Assembly: GCA_964016885.1 (NCBI GenBank)
Contig: CAXHJY010000234.1
Span: 1 to 64,000 of the forward strand
Direction: 5' to 3'
Length of the DNA stretch: 64,000 nt
From: Eledone cirrhosa
Taxonomy: Eukaryota
Shown: positions 47,171 to 61,178 of the stretch, piece after piece
Position numbering within the stretch: position 1 is the first letter of the stretch
How the letters are laid out: every line of letters starts with the position of its first letter
Notes under the pieces: model-generated
What the model was told of the DNA's origin: nothing
The model's database searches: none
Seen by the model: the letters and a program-made list of their open reading frames with translations, nothing else
Program-made: the position numbers and the translations under genes

Positions 47171-48331
47171 ATGGCTAACCAGCAAAAATCCAAACAGAAC
47201 TGGTCTGATAATGAAATCGACATTCTAATAAACACATGGCATTGCCTTTCCCAAACAGAAAATATAGATGCTTCATCTCTGAACGACATTGCTAAACGTA
47301 CAGTTCAATTTTTGAAAACTCGATCTGAACAACAGATTCAAAATAAATTAAAGCAAATCGAAATTGCTTTTAAATTAATCAATAAACATTTGGATAAACT
47401 ACGGTGTGTTTTCTCTTCGAATGCTGTCCAGCAGCAGCAACAACAACAACAGCAGCTACAACAGCAACAACAACAACAGCTACAACAACAACATCAACAA
47501 CAGCTACAACAACAACATCAACAACAGCAACAACAACAGTGTGAACCACTCCTTGATTCATCAACAATGGCCGATCTACTAAATGAAACTATTGACCCCC
47601 CAGTAGCCTCTGTCTCACAGCATGAAACGCCACATCCTTTCTCTGGCCCAGCAGTCCAATCATCACCACTGCCAACATCTCTGCCTACTACTACTACTAC
47701 TACTACAACATTTTTGTCTACTGCTATGTCAAGGAATTTACCTTCTAATACCAGAACAAGAACTCTCCCTCCCACAGTCCACAAAGGTCGTCAAATCCTA
47801 CCCAAACCATCATCTACACCTCTCACAACACCCACACCCATATACCCACCCACTCGAAACCCCATCATTTGCCGCTACTCTCTACGCTATAGAATATGTA
47901 CGGATAGTGGCTGCAAATTCACCCATTTACCTAGGACAAAACGATCTATCCCCACAAACAGCCACCACCATAATACATACTCTAATTTAACACCAACACA
48001 ACCACCAATAACTCAAACAAGGAATCCACAAATCTGCCGTTTTTCCCTGCGAGACAGATTGTGTTTAGACCGGGATTGTCCCTTTACCCATCTCCCGGGG
48101 ACCCGTCGGATAAATGAAAATAAAATTAAAAATAAAAGCAAAAACAAAAACCATAACCTACATAAAAATAACCACTACCACAGTCACCAACAGTCTTCTA
48201 AACAGGAAACTTCTTCCTCTTTTTTAGCCATAATGAATCTGGCAAAAGAACTGGAAAAAAACATTCGAGCTATCACCCAGCACCACCCTCCACTATCACC
48301 CCACTGCACAAACTCCCATTGCTGCCATTAA
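47171..48331 (+). CDS. LINE ORF1 protein: Myb/SANT-like N-terminus, polyQ, Pro/Thr-rich linker, two CCCH zinc fingers
   Basis: ATG start; NWSDNEIDILINTW...IAKRT...TRSEQQIQNKLKQI; CRYSLRYRICTDSGCKFTH and CRFSLRDRLCLDRDCPFTH (C-x8-C-x4-C-x3-H). Confidence 0.85.
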   Translation: MANQQKSKQNWSDNEIDILINTWHCLSQTENIDASSLNDIAKRTVQFLKTRSEQQIQNKLKQIEIAFKLINKHLDKLRCVFSSNAVQQQQQQQQQLQQQQQQQLQQQHQQQLQQQHQQQQQQQCEPLLDSSTMADLLNETIDPPVASVSQHETPHPFSGPAVQSSPLPTSLPTTTTTTTTFLSTAMSRNLPSNTRTRTLPPTVHKGRQILPKPSSTPLTTPTPIYPPTRNPIICRYSLRYRICTDSGCKFTHLPRTKRSIPTNSHHHNTYSNLTPTQPPITQTRNPQICRFSLRDRLCLDRDCPFTHLPGTRRINENKIKNKSKNKNHNLHKNNHYHSHQQSSKQETSSSFLAIMNLAKELEKNIRAITQHHPPLSPHCTNSHCCH

Positions 48332-51300
48332 CAAACAAACAAATTAACAACACACCAAAACAATTAAAACCATCCACTCTCGCCTCTACATTTTTGCTTA
48401 ACGCCCAAGGCATCAGCCCTTCCACCAATACTCAAAAATGGAAGATCAAATTCCTGGAGGACTGGATTGATGTCCATCCAAACCACATCCCTTTCTTCGT
48501 CCTCACTGAAACCCATCTCAGTAACCTCCACTTGGAAGCCGAGGTGAAAGTGAAAAATTTCAAAGCCATCCGTGCTGATCGCGCTGGCAGAAGAAAGGGC
48601 GGAACTGCCATTTATGTCCATAATTCTTTCTCAACAGAGGCTATGAACATATTCACTAATGGATACTGTGAGGCAGTCACTGTATTCAGTCAAACCAACA
48701 ACCTATTAGTAGTTGGGCTCTATAGGCCACCCCAAACGCCTGTACCATGCTTCAAGGAATGCCTCAACAGCATAAAGTGTTTCATCCAAGAGTGTCACCC
48801 TGACAACATCTTAATGATGGGGGACTTCAACCTCCCCGGAGTTGACTGGTCCACAAACACCCTGCCACCAGGTTCTTCTGCCTCAACCTCTGACAGGGAA
48901 GCTGTGGAATCGCTTCTTGACTTCATGGATGATTTCTTCCTATCCCAACTAGTGCTCGAACCAACGAGGTGCCACAAAAACGTCCTAGACTTAATTTTCA
49001 GCAATCACACTGACAATATCCACAATATTGCAGTGGAGAAAACTCTACTCTCTGATCATGACATGGTTCTCTGTGATCTGAGATTCCACCGTCCAATATA
49101 CAAACCCAATGTCATTTCTCCTGTCCATCCGTTTGACGCTATGGATTTCCACAATGCAAACTGGGAAGCGATCAGTCATGATCTTGCACATGTCGACTGG
49201 TCCTTCACGCACACTCATACACCCACTAACATCAAAAAGTCCTGGCAGACATTTGTGGACACTGTTACAAACATATGTGCTAAACACACCCCATTAAGAA
49301 CTATAAACAAATCTAAGAGCAGAATCCCTAGAAATAGAAAAACGCTCATCAGAAAAATTAAGAGAACGAACAAAAAAATCAACAATCTGAAATACTGTCA
49401 GCAGCAACACATCAACTTGACTGCCATTTCATCACTAGAGATTAAAAAACATAACCTCCAAAACAACATAATGTCCCTCATCAACAATCAGAGAAGAGCT
49501 GAAGAGGCCTGGGCCATTGAGAAGATCAAACTCAATCCCAAAGTGTTCTTTTCATTTGCAAAAAAACACAAAATCACTGGCTCTACTGTTGGCCCTCTAA
49601 TTGATGAAAATGGCACTCTTCAAGACAATGCTAAAACCATGGGTGAGATACTGCAGAAACAATACTGCTCTGTTTTCAGCAATCCTGATATGGCCGATCT
49701 GGGCTGTATCGGCGATGTTACTCCCCATTACACCTTATCGGACATAACGTTTGGCGCCCCTGATGTCTTGGCGGCAATAAAGGAAATCAAGCATAATTCA
49801 GCAGTAGGTCCCGATAGGTTCCCTGCTTGTGTCTTGAAGGCGTGTCAACACCAACTTGCTTCTCCTCTTGCCAATCTGTGGCGGAACTCACTGGATGCTG
49901 GATATGTGCCAGAAAACCTTCTATCCCAGTCTGTTGTCCCAGTTTTCAAAAAGGGAAACAAATCCCTTGCCGTGAATTACCGTCCAATCTCACTCACCTC
50001 TCATATCATTAAGGTATTTGAGCGAGTGGTGAGATCGCGAATGACCCACTTCCTTGAGAGTAACAATATGCTGAACTCCAACCAGCATGGATTCCGTAAT
50101 GGAAGGGATTGCCTGACGCAACTACTGCATCACTTTGATGACATTTTGAGAGCCTTGAGAGAGGGTTCCAACACTGATGTTATCTACCTTGATTTCAGCA
50201 AGGCCTTTGACAGGGTTGATCATAACATTCTACTGAGAAAGCTGTCCAATATTGGTGTCACTGGAAAGCTGCTGCAGTGGATCAAGAGCTTCCTGTCAAA
50301 CAGAACCCAACATGTTGTAGTTGAGGGAGTCAAATCAAGCCCAGCCAAAGTCAGTAGTGGAGTCCCACAAGGCACTGTGTTGGGCCCACTTCTCTTCATC
50401 ATCTATATTAATGACATCACTGACATCATCAAACACAGCAACATTAAAATTTTCGCTGATGATTCCAAGCTCCAAAAGGTCATCAATGGCGTGGATGACC
50501 GGATAAGCCTTCAGTCAGACCTACTGGCTGTTACCCAATGGGCAGAAAAGAACAACATGTTACTGAACGAAGACAAATTCGAACTGATCCACTTTGGAAA
50601 AGAGGATGCTCTGAAACTCCCGTACTCCCTTCCCTCCGGGGAAACTCTCGTGGCATCTAACAACATCAGAGACTTGGGAGTAACCGTGGACAGCAACATA
50701 AGCTGGACCACGCATATAAGCAGCAAAGTTGACATGGCCCGCAGAATGTGTTCCTGGATCCTCAGAACCTTCCAGTCGAGAGATTCCCGCACCATTATCC
50801 TTCTCTTCTCTACTTTCGCCCGACCACACCTTGAATACTGTTGTCCACTGTGGTCTCCCCACACGAAACAAAGTATCATGAAACTTGAAGCTCCTCAAAG
50901 GGCAATCACGAAAAAGATAGATGGCATGTCAGACCTTGACTACTGGGGTCGATTGGAAAACCTGAAACTTTACTCACTCCAACGTCGCCGTGAGCGTTAT
51001 ATTATCTGCATGATGTGGAAAATGTTCCATCATCACTGCCCAAATGATGTTGGCATCGCCTTCAAGATACACCCAAGGCTTGGGCCCCGTGCTATCCGTC
51101 CCATTCAAAAATCTAAATCGCAACTCATAACAACAATACGGCACAATTATTTCACCTCAATCGGCCCTGCTCTCTTCAACATCACACCAGGACACGTCAA
51201 AACAGAAACTGACCACACAAAATTCAAGAAGTCTTTGGACAAATTCCTCCAAGTAATCCCGGACAAACCACCCACACCCGGATATGTCTCCGCAAACAGT

Positions 51301-51339
51301 AATTCTCTTCTCGAATGGGCCATGGTGCCCAAATCCTGA
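48319..51339 (+). CDS. LINE ORF2: APE-type endonuclease plus reverse transcriptase (frame open from 48202; annotated start is TTG)
   Basis: EN motifs LNAQG, LTETHL, YRPP, GDFNLP, LDLIF, SDHD; RT motifs [41 protein letters not shown]; CR1-type [14 protein letters not shown] and [10 protein letters not shown]. Confidence 0.96.
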   Translation: MLPLTNKQINNTPKQLKPSTLASTFLLNAQGISPSTNTQKWKIKFLEDWIDVHPNHIPFFVLTETHLSNLHLEAEVKVKNFKAIRADRAGRRKGGTAIYVHNSFSTEAMNIFTNGYCEAVTVFSQTNNLLVVGLYRPPQTPVPCFKECLNSIKCFIQECHPDNILMMGDFNLPGVDWSTNTLPPGSSASTSDREAVESLLDFMDDFFLSQLVLEPTRCHKNVLDLIFSNHTDNIHNIAVEKTLLSDHDMVLCDLRFHRPIYKPNVISPVHPFDAMDFHNANWEAISHDLAHVDWSFTHTHTPTNIKKSWQTFVDTVTNICAKHTPLRTINKSKSRIPRNRKTLIRKIKRTNKKINNLKYCQQQHINLTAISSLEIKKHNLQNNIMSLINNQRRAEEAWAIEKIKLNPKVFFSFAKKHKITGSTVGPLIDENGTLQDNAKTMGEILQKQYCSVFSNPDMADLGCIGDVTPHYTLSDITFGAPDVLAAIKEIKHNSAVGPDRFPACVLKACQHQLASPLANLWRNSLDAGYVPENLLSQSVVPVFKKGNKSLAVNYRPISLTSHIIKVFERVVRSRMTHFLESNNMLNSNQHGFRNGRDCLTQLLHHFDDILRALREGSNTDVIYLDFSKAFDRVDHNILLRKLSNIGVTGKLLQWIKSFLSNRTQHVVVEGVKSSPAKVSSGVPQGTVLGPLLFIIYINDITDIIKHSNIKIFADDSKLQKVINGVDDRISLQSDLLAVTQWAEKNNMLLNEDKFELIHFGKEDALKLPYSLPSGETLVASNNIRDLGVTVDSNISWTTHISSKVDMARRMCSWILRTFQSRDSRTIILLFSTFARPHLEYCCPLWSPHTKQSIMKLEAPQRAITKKIDGMSDLDYWGRLENLKLYSLQRRRERYIICMMWKMFHHHCPNDVGIAFKIHPRLGPRAIRPIQKSKSQLITTIRHNYFTSIGPALFNITPGHVKTETDHTKFKKSLDKFLQVIPDKPPTPGYVSANSNSLLEWAMVPKS

Positions 51340-51414
51340 ATTGAAAGACTTCGCCAGGTGGTGCTATTAAGTTAGACATGGCCTGGGCCAATACTGGCCA
51401 AAACATTTCAAAGT

Positions 51415-54002
<2,588 letters not shown>

Positions 54003-54062
54003 TATTTTGATTTAACACTTCACTGCTCGCAAGTGTTTTTTAAACTTCATATCATGTCTCCC

Positions 54063-54133
54063 TATTTTATCTGATGAGAACGCAAATATCATCCCATGAT
54101 GTTATTTGTTTTTGAAATGCGGATAATAAAATA
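54063..54133 (+). ncRNA. Minimal type I hammerhead ribozyme motif (Penelope-like or retrozyme type)
   Basis: Stem I tattttat/ataaaata; core CTGATGA; long imperfect stem II; GAAA; short stem III at-gcgg-at; cleavage triplet ATA. Confidence 0.65.
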
Positions 54134-57100
54134 CATTGAACTCTTTTAACCATCTTTTGATTTTATATTCATCATTATCATCATCTTCGTTTAATGTCCA
54201 TTTTCCACGGTAGCATGGGTATATATATATATGGGTGTGTGTGTGTCCGTGTCTTTAACTGATGTCAGGAAAGGATACACACGCACACCCACGCACGCAC
54301 GTGTGTGTGTGTGTGTGTGTGTTTTTATGTGTATATGCTTATATATCCTTTCCTGACATCAGTTAAGAAGGAAGAAATATATTCCATTTGCTTCAGTATT
54401 GATCAACAGGGAGAGGGGGTAACTAGCTGACAAGCTTTACCAAACCAGACTTGGTTGACTAACAAACAAATTACAAAAAAAATAAAAGCAAACAAAAAAA
54501 CAAAACAAGCATCATTGCCATCACTAGGCTATACATGTTTATAAACATATCAACATTTAAATAGAAAGAGATACTGCTCTCTGTGTGTAGACACAGAGAG
54601 ACCACAAACATCACATGAGCTAATGGACTGTTGGAAAGAGCATTTAACCCTTTAATGTTCAAACCGGCCAAAACCGGCCAGAATTCTCTACCTCTTTCTG
54701 TTGAAACTAGCTGTAACTGGTCGCTCAAACTGATGTTAAGGTATTGTTCTTAAAATAACTACTTTCAAAATCCCATAGATTCGATATTATGTGAAATAGT
54801 ATGTGAGGTAAAGCCTTTATCATGAAAATACAATAGTATATATAGAGTAATGTGAATGCTAAAAGGTTAAACTTCTCTCAAATTACAGACAATAAATTAT
54901 GTAGTGCTACATACCTTTAAAAAGTAGGGATGGTCATTGCTAGAATGCCTTTGATCATAGGTCTGCTCAATCAGGGTTGATTTAGGCCAAACAACATATA
55001 TACACATACCCTATACACACATTACATACACAGAGGAAGGCTCTATGTGGTCACTTGACCTGTTAAAAACAGCAGCCAAATCTCTTTCAAATGTACCATG
55101 TTAAAGAAAGAACACATTTAATAATGTATTCATACACGCACACACTTTCATCATCATCGTCATGGGTTGGATAGGTCATTATGTACCTGGTCAGTACTTA
55201 ATCAGAGCTATTGTCCCCCTAGGCAGATCAGGAGATCCATCCACATCTCAATGTTTCACTTTGGCATGATGTTTAAGCCCAGTTGTCCTTCCTAATGCCA
55301 CCCATTCTTAGTTAATGCTAATGAAAACATGATACACTCCAGCCATATAAACTTTTCAGCCAGACTTTAACCCTTTTGATACAAAACCACCTGGAATTGC
55401 ACTGGGTTATTTTGTTTATTTTAAAGTGTTTATATTAATTTGAAAACCTTCCAGCATAATTTTATCATATGTAAGAATCTTTATGTGGTTATGCTCCAAA
55501 CACCAGCTGAATACCAAGAAATTATAATACTAAATTAGATCCCTACAAAATCTTTATTATTCGAAAAATTATTTTAAAACCATAGGCATTGGAAGTGTAT
55601 CAGTGATCAGTTTGCAAACACAGTTGCAACAATTTTGACACCAAGAAATAAATGATAAAAATAAAGTGAAGATAATAGTTTTTGTGATTTTCAATAGCTA
55701 AAATGTCTCTTCCACGATTTTAGTTTCAAGACATGGTCTCAGATCTAGTTACTTGCCAGCAGTGTTTATTTTACTGTATAGTTCACCTCTGCTTGTTACA
55801 CTTCTAAATCTAATTTTGTGCAGTTCTAAATTTAATTTTATGCGGTAAGTTTACATTTTATGTCATATTACATGTCCTTACATGATATATGATGGTTAAA
55901 AACACTTAACCCTTTAGCATTTACATTACTCTATATTTATTATTGTATTTTCATGGTAAATACTTTATTCCACATAATTATCTCGCATAATATTGAATGT
56001 ACAAGATTTTGATACTATTTATTTTGAGAACAATACCTTAACATAATTATGGGCAGCCAGAGAATTCTGGCCGGATATGGCCAGTTTAAATGCTAAAGGG
56101 TTAAAACACTCATAAAATGTTAAAAATAACCTTTATATTAGAAATGCTTCTAGACTCAGAGAATATTAAACACTGGGTTATGGCACCTGCCTCTAAGATT
56201 TGTGCTGTTCTAAAATTTACTAAAAATAAACCCTGCCTTGTCAGAAAAATATGGTAATGAAAGGGTTAACTAAACAAGCTGGATCTGTTAACAACAATTG
56301 TTGCCACTAATTAGAAGCTGGTGGTCAATTAATTACCCCATCCACACAACCTGTTTCTCATTATCAATTAGCAGATTTATAAACAATGAGTAATCACCTT
56401 CAAAGTCTAGGGCAAACCTCAAATGTAAAAAGAAAAAAAAAACAGTAATTCCTTTTCATTACTGAAAAAAAAAAAATAATAGAAACAATTATTTCCTCTC
56501 AATCTTTCTCTACTCTCTTTTTTGTTCTTTATATATTTTTCTAGCCACACCATCACACTTACACCCCCCCCCCTCTCTCTCTCTGTATATATATATATAT
56601 ATATGAAAAGAGTCAGGACCCCGACGACAGAGCTCAAGCCGTTTTGACAGCTATTTCTGGACTAAATTAAATTTTTAGCGTTGTGTAGATATAGCCACTC
56701 TACTACCCAAAGTATCGAGCACTCTGGCGCGTTATGGTCCACTTAGTTCCTTACCACACTCCCTTCGTTATATATATGCACACACACACACACACACACA
56801 TATATGTACATGTTTCTCTCTCTTATATATATATATATATATATTAAAAAAATAATATATATCTTTGCCTCTCTCCTACCATCTCTCTCTTCTAGTTTCT
56901 CCCTCCCAGTCTTCATCTTTTCTAGTGAGCTGGATGTTGACATAGATGTCAAATAGCTTGACCTGAGGATAAAACCAGATCACAGAGCTTATAAAATATA
57001 TTTAAAAAAAATGAAATTATTTACATGGTTTGTTGTAATTCTGTTTCCTGGGACCATGAAGCAGAACTATAACAACCTTTTATTGGTTGGTTTGTGCTCT

Positions 57101-57259
57101 TCCCACCTATGGCCACTACATATATACATACACACATGTACATACACATGCATACACACACATGCACACACACACACTATTAACCACACTATTGCCATGA
57201 TTTATATTAAAATAAAACTAGGATTAGTAATCAGTTTTGAATATGTGGTATAGAGGTGA

Positions 57260-58095
57260 GAGGTCAGACCTCTCTTTAATTTTTCATGCTCCACACAACA
57301 TTTTTCAAATTCCTATTTTCCATTAAACACTGTTTTCCTCCAAGTTGGTTGATCTAATGTCTTCCCAGTTATCTTCTCTGATATTTGACTTTATCAAAAC
57401 TTTTTGATTCAGTCTTTATAGCTGAGTTTTGGTTTATGCCTTGGCCATTTGCCTTTGACAAACTCCCCATACAGTAACTGCTTACAGCATGGCTGCCCCA
57501 GTGCAATCTATATTGAATTATGAGAGATTCAATACTTTCAAAATGACTCCGTTCCAGCACTTCAACACCAATCATATGTGATTCCCAGTGGATACTGAGT
57601 ATTTGGTGAGGATACTGTTAATGAAAATGTTCAAGCATTTTTATATGTTGGTGGTATGTGAACCAAGTTTCCCATGTATACAGCAATGGAGTCAATACAC
57701 ATGTTCTGTACACCTTTAACTTTGTATTAATGGAAATTCCACATTGGCATCAGGGACGCCCTTCGAATTTACCGAAAGAATCACTTACTGTCTTTAGTTG
57801 TAGAGACGTTTCATCATCAAGGGTGTTTGCCATGTTAACTGTGCTGCCTGAATACATAAATATATCCACAACTGTCAATGTTTTGCCATACACATAAATG
57901 CTAGGCTCAGTGAAATCCCTACCTGGAGCATGACAACTGTCTTGGTCAGACTGATTGTTAGACCCAACATGCTGCATGCCTCTGAAAAAGAATCCATCAG
58001 GTGCTGCATGTCACTCAACAATCATCTGCATACAACAATTCATGTATTAAAGAAGTGAATGCCATTATTTTGGCAGAAAACCATCTGATGTTAAA
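57260..58095 (-). pseudogene. Old degenerate RTE/BovB-like RT fragment related to family B
   Basis: EPSIYVYGKTLTVVDIFMYSGSTVN...SDSFGKFEGR and ESIESLIIQYRLHWGSH parallel the 42600-43300 region. Confidence 0.8.
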
Positions 58096-58598
58096 CAACT
58101 TGCCCATTGAATGATACTATATACCTAACACAAACACGCACACGCACATGCACACGCACACGCACATAACACACGCACACACACATAACACACGCACACA
58201 CACACAACGTACACACACACACACACATGCATATCACGCACACATGTATGATAGGCTTTTGCAGTTCTTGGTTACCAAATTCCACTCATCACTCCTTTAA
58301 ATCTCACTTCATTTGTCATAGACCCATGACAACATACTTATCCTCCCTCCCCTCCTACATATTGTCACTTATGACGTACCTATCAATTTTCTTATCTCCT
58401 CATCTTATTTTTCCCAGACACTTGGACAAATCATTAACGCACACCTTCTCATTGGAGTGGTTCAATGTGATTTGAGGTCACAAGGGTTAATATTACAAAT
58501 ACTTTGATAGCTAGAACACTTGAAGATAGCTGTAATTGCTTGTAGATAGGTGAGCTTAGGAGAAAACTTAAGAATATCATTTAAAAAAATCTTGGTCA

Positions 58599-58663
<65 letters not shown>

Positions 58664-58664
<1 letters not shown>

Positions 58665-59776
58665 TAGTAGATTTACCCGGCATTGCTCGGGGTTTGAAAT
58701 TATGCTAAGAATATACAGCTAGGAAGTAAAAGAACATTATTTGTCCCCAACCTGTCAAAATAAGCAGAAGTCTTCAATAATTAATGCAAACGAATATTTA
58801 GTGCAATCTTTGTACACATAAAACTATGTTGATAATGAAGGAAAACACTAAACAGGATGTAGTTATGCAAATGATTAAATAAAAAACAGGCAGTTTGCTA
58901 AAGTACAAAAAGTTGTAATGAAAGCAGTTGTATACAAACAAAAAAAAACAATGAGAGTAGAATAAGAGAAAATCTATTCTTTGAGAGCATCCTTTGCTGT
59001 GTATGGTTAAATTTTGAACTTATAATCCAAAATATCCTGCATGACATATTCATTGGTATGTTTTGTAATGAGTAAGGTGAAGTCAAGGCAGAGCTGTAAT
59101 AAGTTTTTTTGTTAACACTAAAGCACTTCAGGATAGACAATATTCTTTGTTTTTCTTTTCGGAACAAACGCAAAGAGATTATCTCAACTGCCAACTCGTG
59201 AGCAGACGTTTTGCACCGAAAGAGGTCATTTGAAACGCAATGTTGTACTGTCGGATATGCTTCAGAAAATCACGTGATTGTGAATGCTTACCTGTTAGAA
59301 ACATCTGGATAGGTTGCGGTGGTTCCCTAAGGGTGGGCAAATTAACCTTACCGTTGGAGCAGCACATTCCAGCTGAATCTCCCCCCCCCCCCACTTTTTA
59401 GCTCTACAATGTTGGCAAGTATTTGACATGGCATATATTTGAATATCGGGATGGATTTGATAGGGTCATAATTATCTGCCTTAAGGTACCATCGTGAGCG
59501 TGATGCCTTTGAAATACCCCGCGTGAAAAGTTGGTTATCTCCCTTTTTTTCTAAGGATTGTCAATAAAGTTTATCTCCCTTACATCAATTTTTCTACCGA
59601 TAATCTTGATATCGATTTTTTTTTTTTTTATTGCTCAACGTGGGTCGATTTGAAAAATATTTGTGATGTGACGTGCACAGAAAATTTGGTCAAATTCAGT
59701 TGGTAATTGTAAAAGCCTTATGTATGCAAAGTTGTACACAGACACACACACATCCTCGCTTTTATATATATAAAGA
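58664..59776 (-). mobile_element. Internally deleted Helitron with both termini and a RepHel N-terminal remnant
   Basis: Minus strand: A|TCTTTATATATATAAA 5' end; 3' hairpin cccgagcaatgccggg then CTAG|T. 59190-59430 encodes CQHCRAKKW...GMCCSNGKVNLP.L.EPP...SRDFLKHIRQYNIAFQMTSFGA. Confidence 0.88.
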
Positions 59777-60429
59777 TATTTCAAATTAATTAACGGAGTT
59801 AAAAACTTGCATTAATCCCCTATAATTTAGGGAGCTCAAGGAGTATATATATTCCGGTCTCTTTATAAATCAACACATATCTCTATGTTGATTTATATAT
59901 ATATATTTATCGTTGTTGTGGTATAAGTATGGCTACTGCCTTCAGCTGTTATTCTTGGTGTCATACCTTACAACTGTTGTGTTTTACTCTGGGCAATAAT
60001 GTTTAGCTTCTCAATCCATTGAGTGCTTTGTGATTGCCTCAAACTACTCGATTAATACCTGCTATATGGTGGCTACAACTTTGATTGATATCCAATATTA
60101 TATATATGCCAAAAATAAGCAGAAAACAACAAAGCAAACAATACAGTACAATTCAGATATGAATTATTTTTGATATAGTAAGAAAAGACTAGTCTTTTAT
60201 CAGAAGATGAAATGAGAAATAAAATAAGAAATAGCAAGATAGAGAAGAGTGAGAAGAGGAAAAAATGTTCTGAATCTGTGTGTTTCACTGGGTGAGTCTA
60301 ACAGACATGCTCAGGTCCTCATGTATGTATATATATATATATATATGTATATACATATATGTATATATATATGTCGTTTCTGAATTTGTTTAGCAAGATT
60401 CTTTATCTGAAAACGTGTGTTGAAACCGA

Positions 60430-61101
60430 TATTGTTATACTTTGGGAGGGTCATGTTGCCAATAAGAAACACACGCACCAGTTGCTTTCACTTCAATTTA
60501 ATTTATTATATATTTATAAATTTACAAATTTATAAATTTCTGGTTGGTTGGTTGGTTCCACAACCAGATAGTTGTTTATATATATATAGTCATAGTTCTT
60601 TCGTCACACACTCTGTGACCTCTTCAGTGACTGCGGATTTCTTTCTTCGTTTCTGTGCCTTTCCTTTCTTCTATCCTACGCCATCAAGAAGAAAGGAAAG
60701 GCACAGAAACGAAGAAAGAAATCCCCAGTCACTGAAGAGGTCACAGAGTGTGTGACGAAAGAACTATGACTATATATATATAAACAACTATCTGGTTGTG
60801 GAACCAACCAACCAACCAGAAATTTATCCTACGCCAAACAAAATGGCGTAGGATAGAAGAAAGGAAAGGCACAGAAATGAAGAAAGAAATCCCCAGTCAC
60901 TGAAGAAGTCACAGAGTGTGTGACGAAAGAACTATGACTATATATATATAAACAACTATCTGGTTGTGGAACCAACCAACCAACCAGAAATTTATAAATT
61001 TGTAAATTTATAAATATATAATAAATTAAATTAAATTGAAGTGAAAGCAACTGGTGCGTGTGTTTCTTATTGGCAACATGACCCTCCCAAAGTATAACAA
61101 T
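60430..61101. mobile_element. Inverted plus tandem duplication carrying three hammerhead-like motifs; Penelope-like non-autonomous element
   Basis: 60430-60683 is the reverse complement of 60843-61101; 60688-60825 is an extra partial copy. Motif agtca-CTGAAGA-g-gtcac..gtgac-GAAA-gaac-TA-tgact. Confidence 0.7.
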
Positions 61102-61132
61102 ATATATATATATATGTATATATATATATGTA

Positions 61133-61178
<46 letters not shown>

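Larger units (their letters stand above)
46490..51414 (+). mobile_element. Apparently intact full-length CR1/L2-group LINE
   Basis: 5' repeats, two uninterrupted ORFs, short 3' UTR ending ggcctgggccaatactggccaaaacatttcaaagt, then microsatellite. The 5' boundary is uncertain. Confidence 0.9.

Noticed and set aside
48364-51332. Short antisense and alternate-frame ORFs within LINE ORF2, and within the RTE copies
   Set aside because: Shadow ORFs of the coding strand with no independent motifs.
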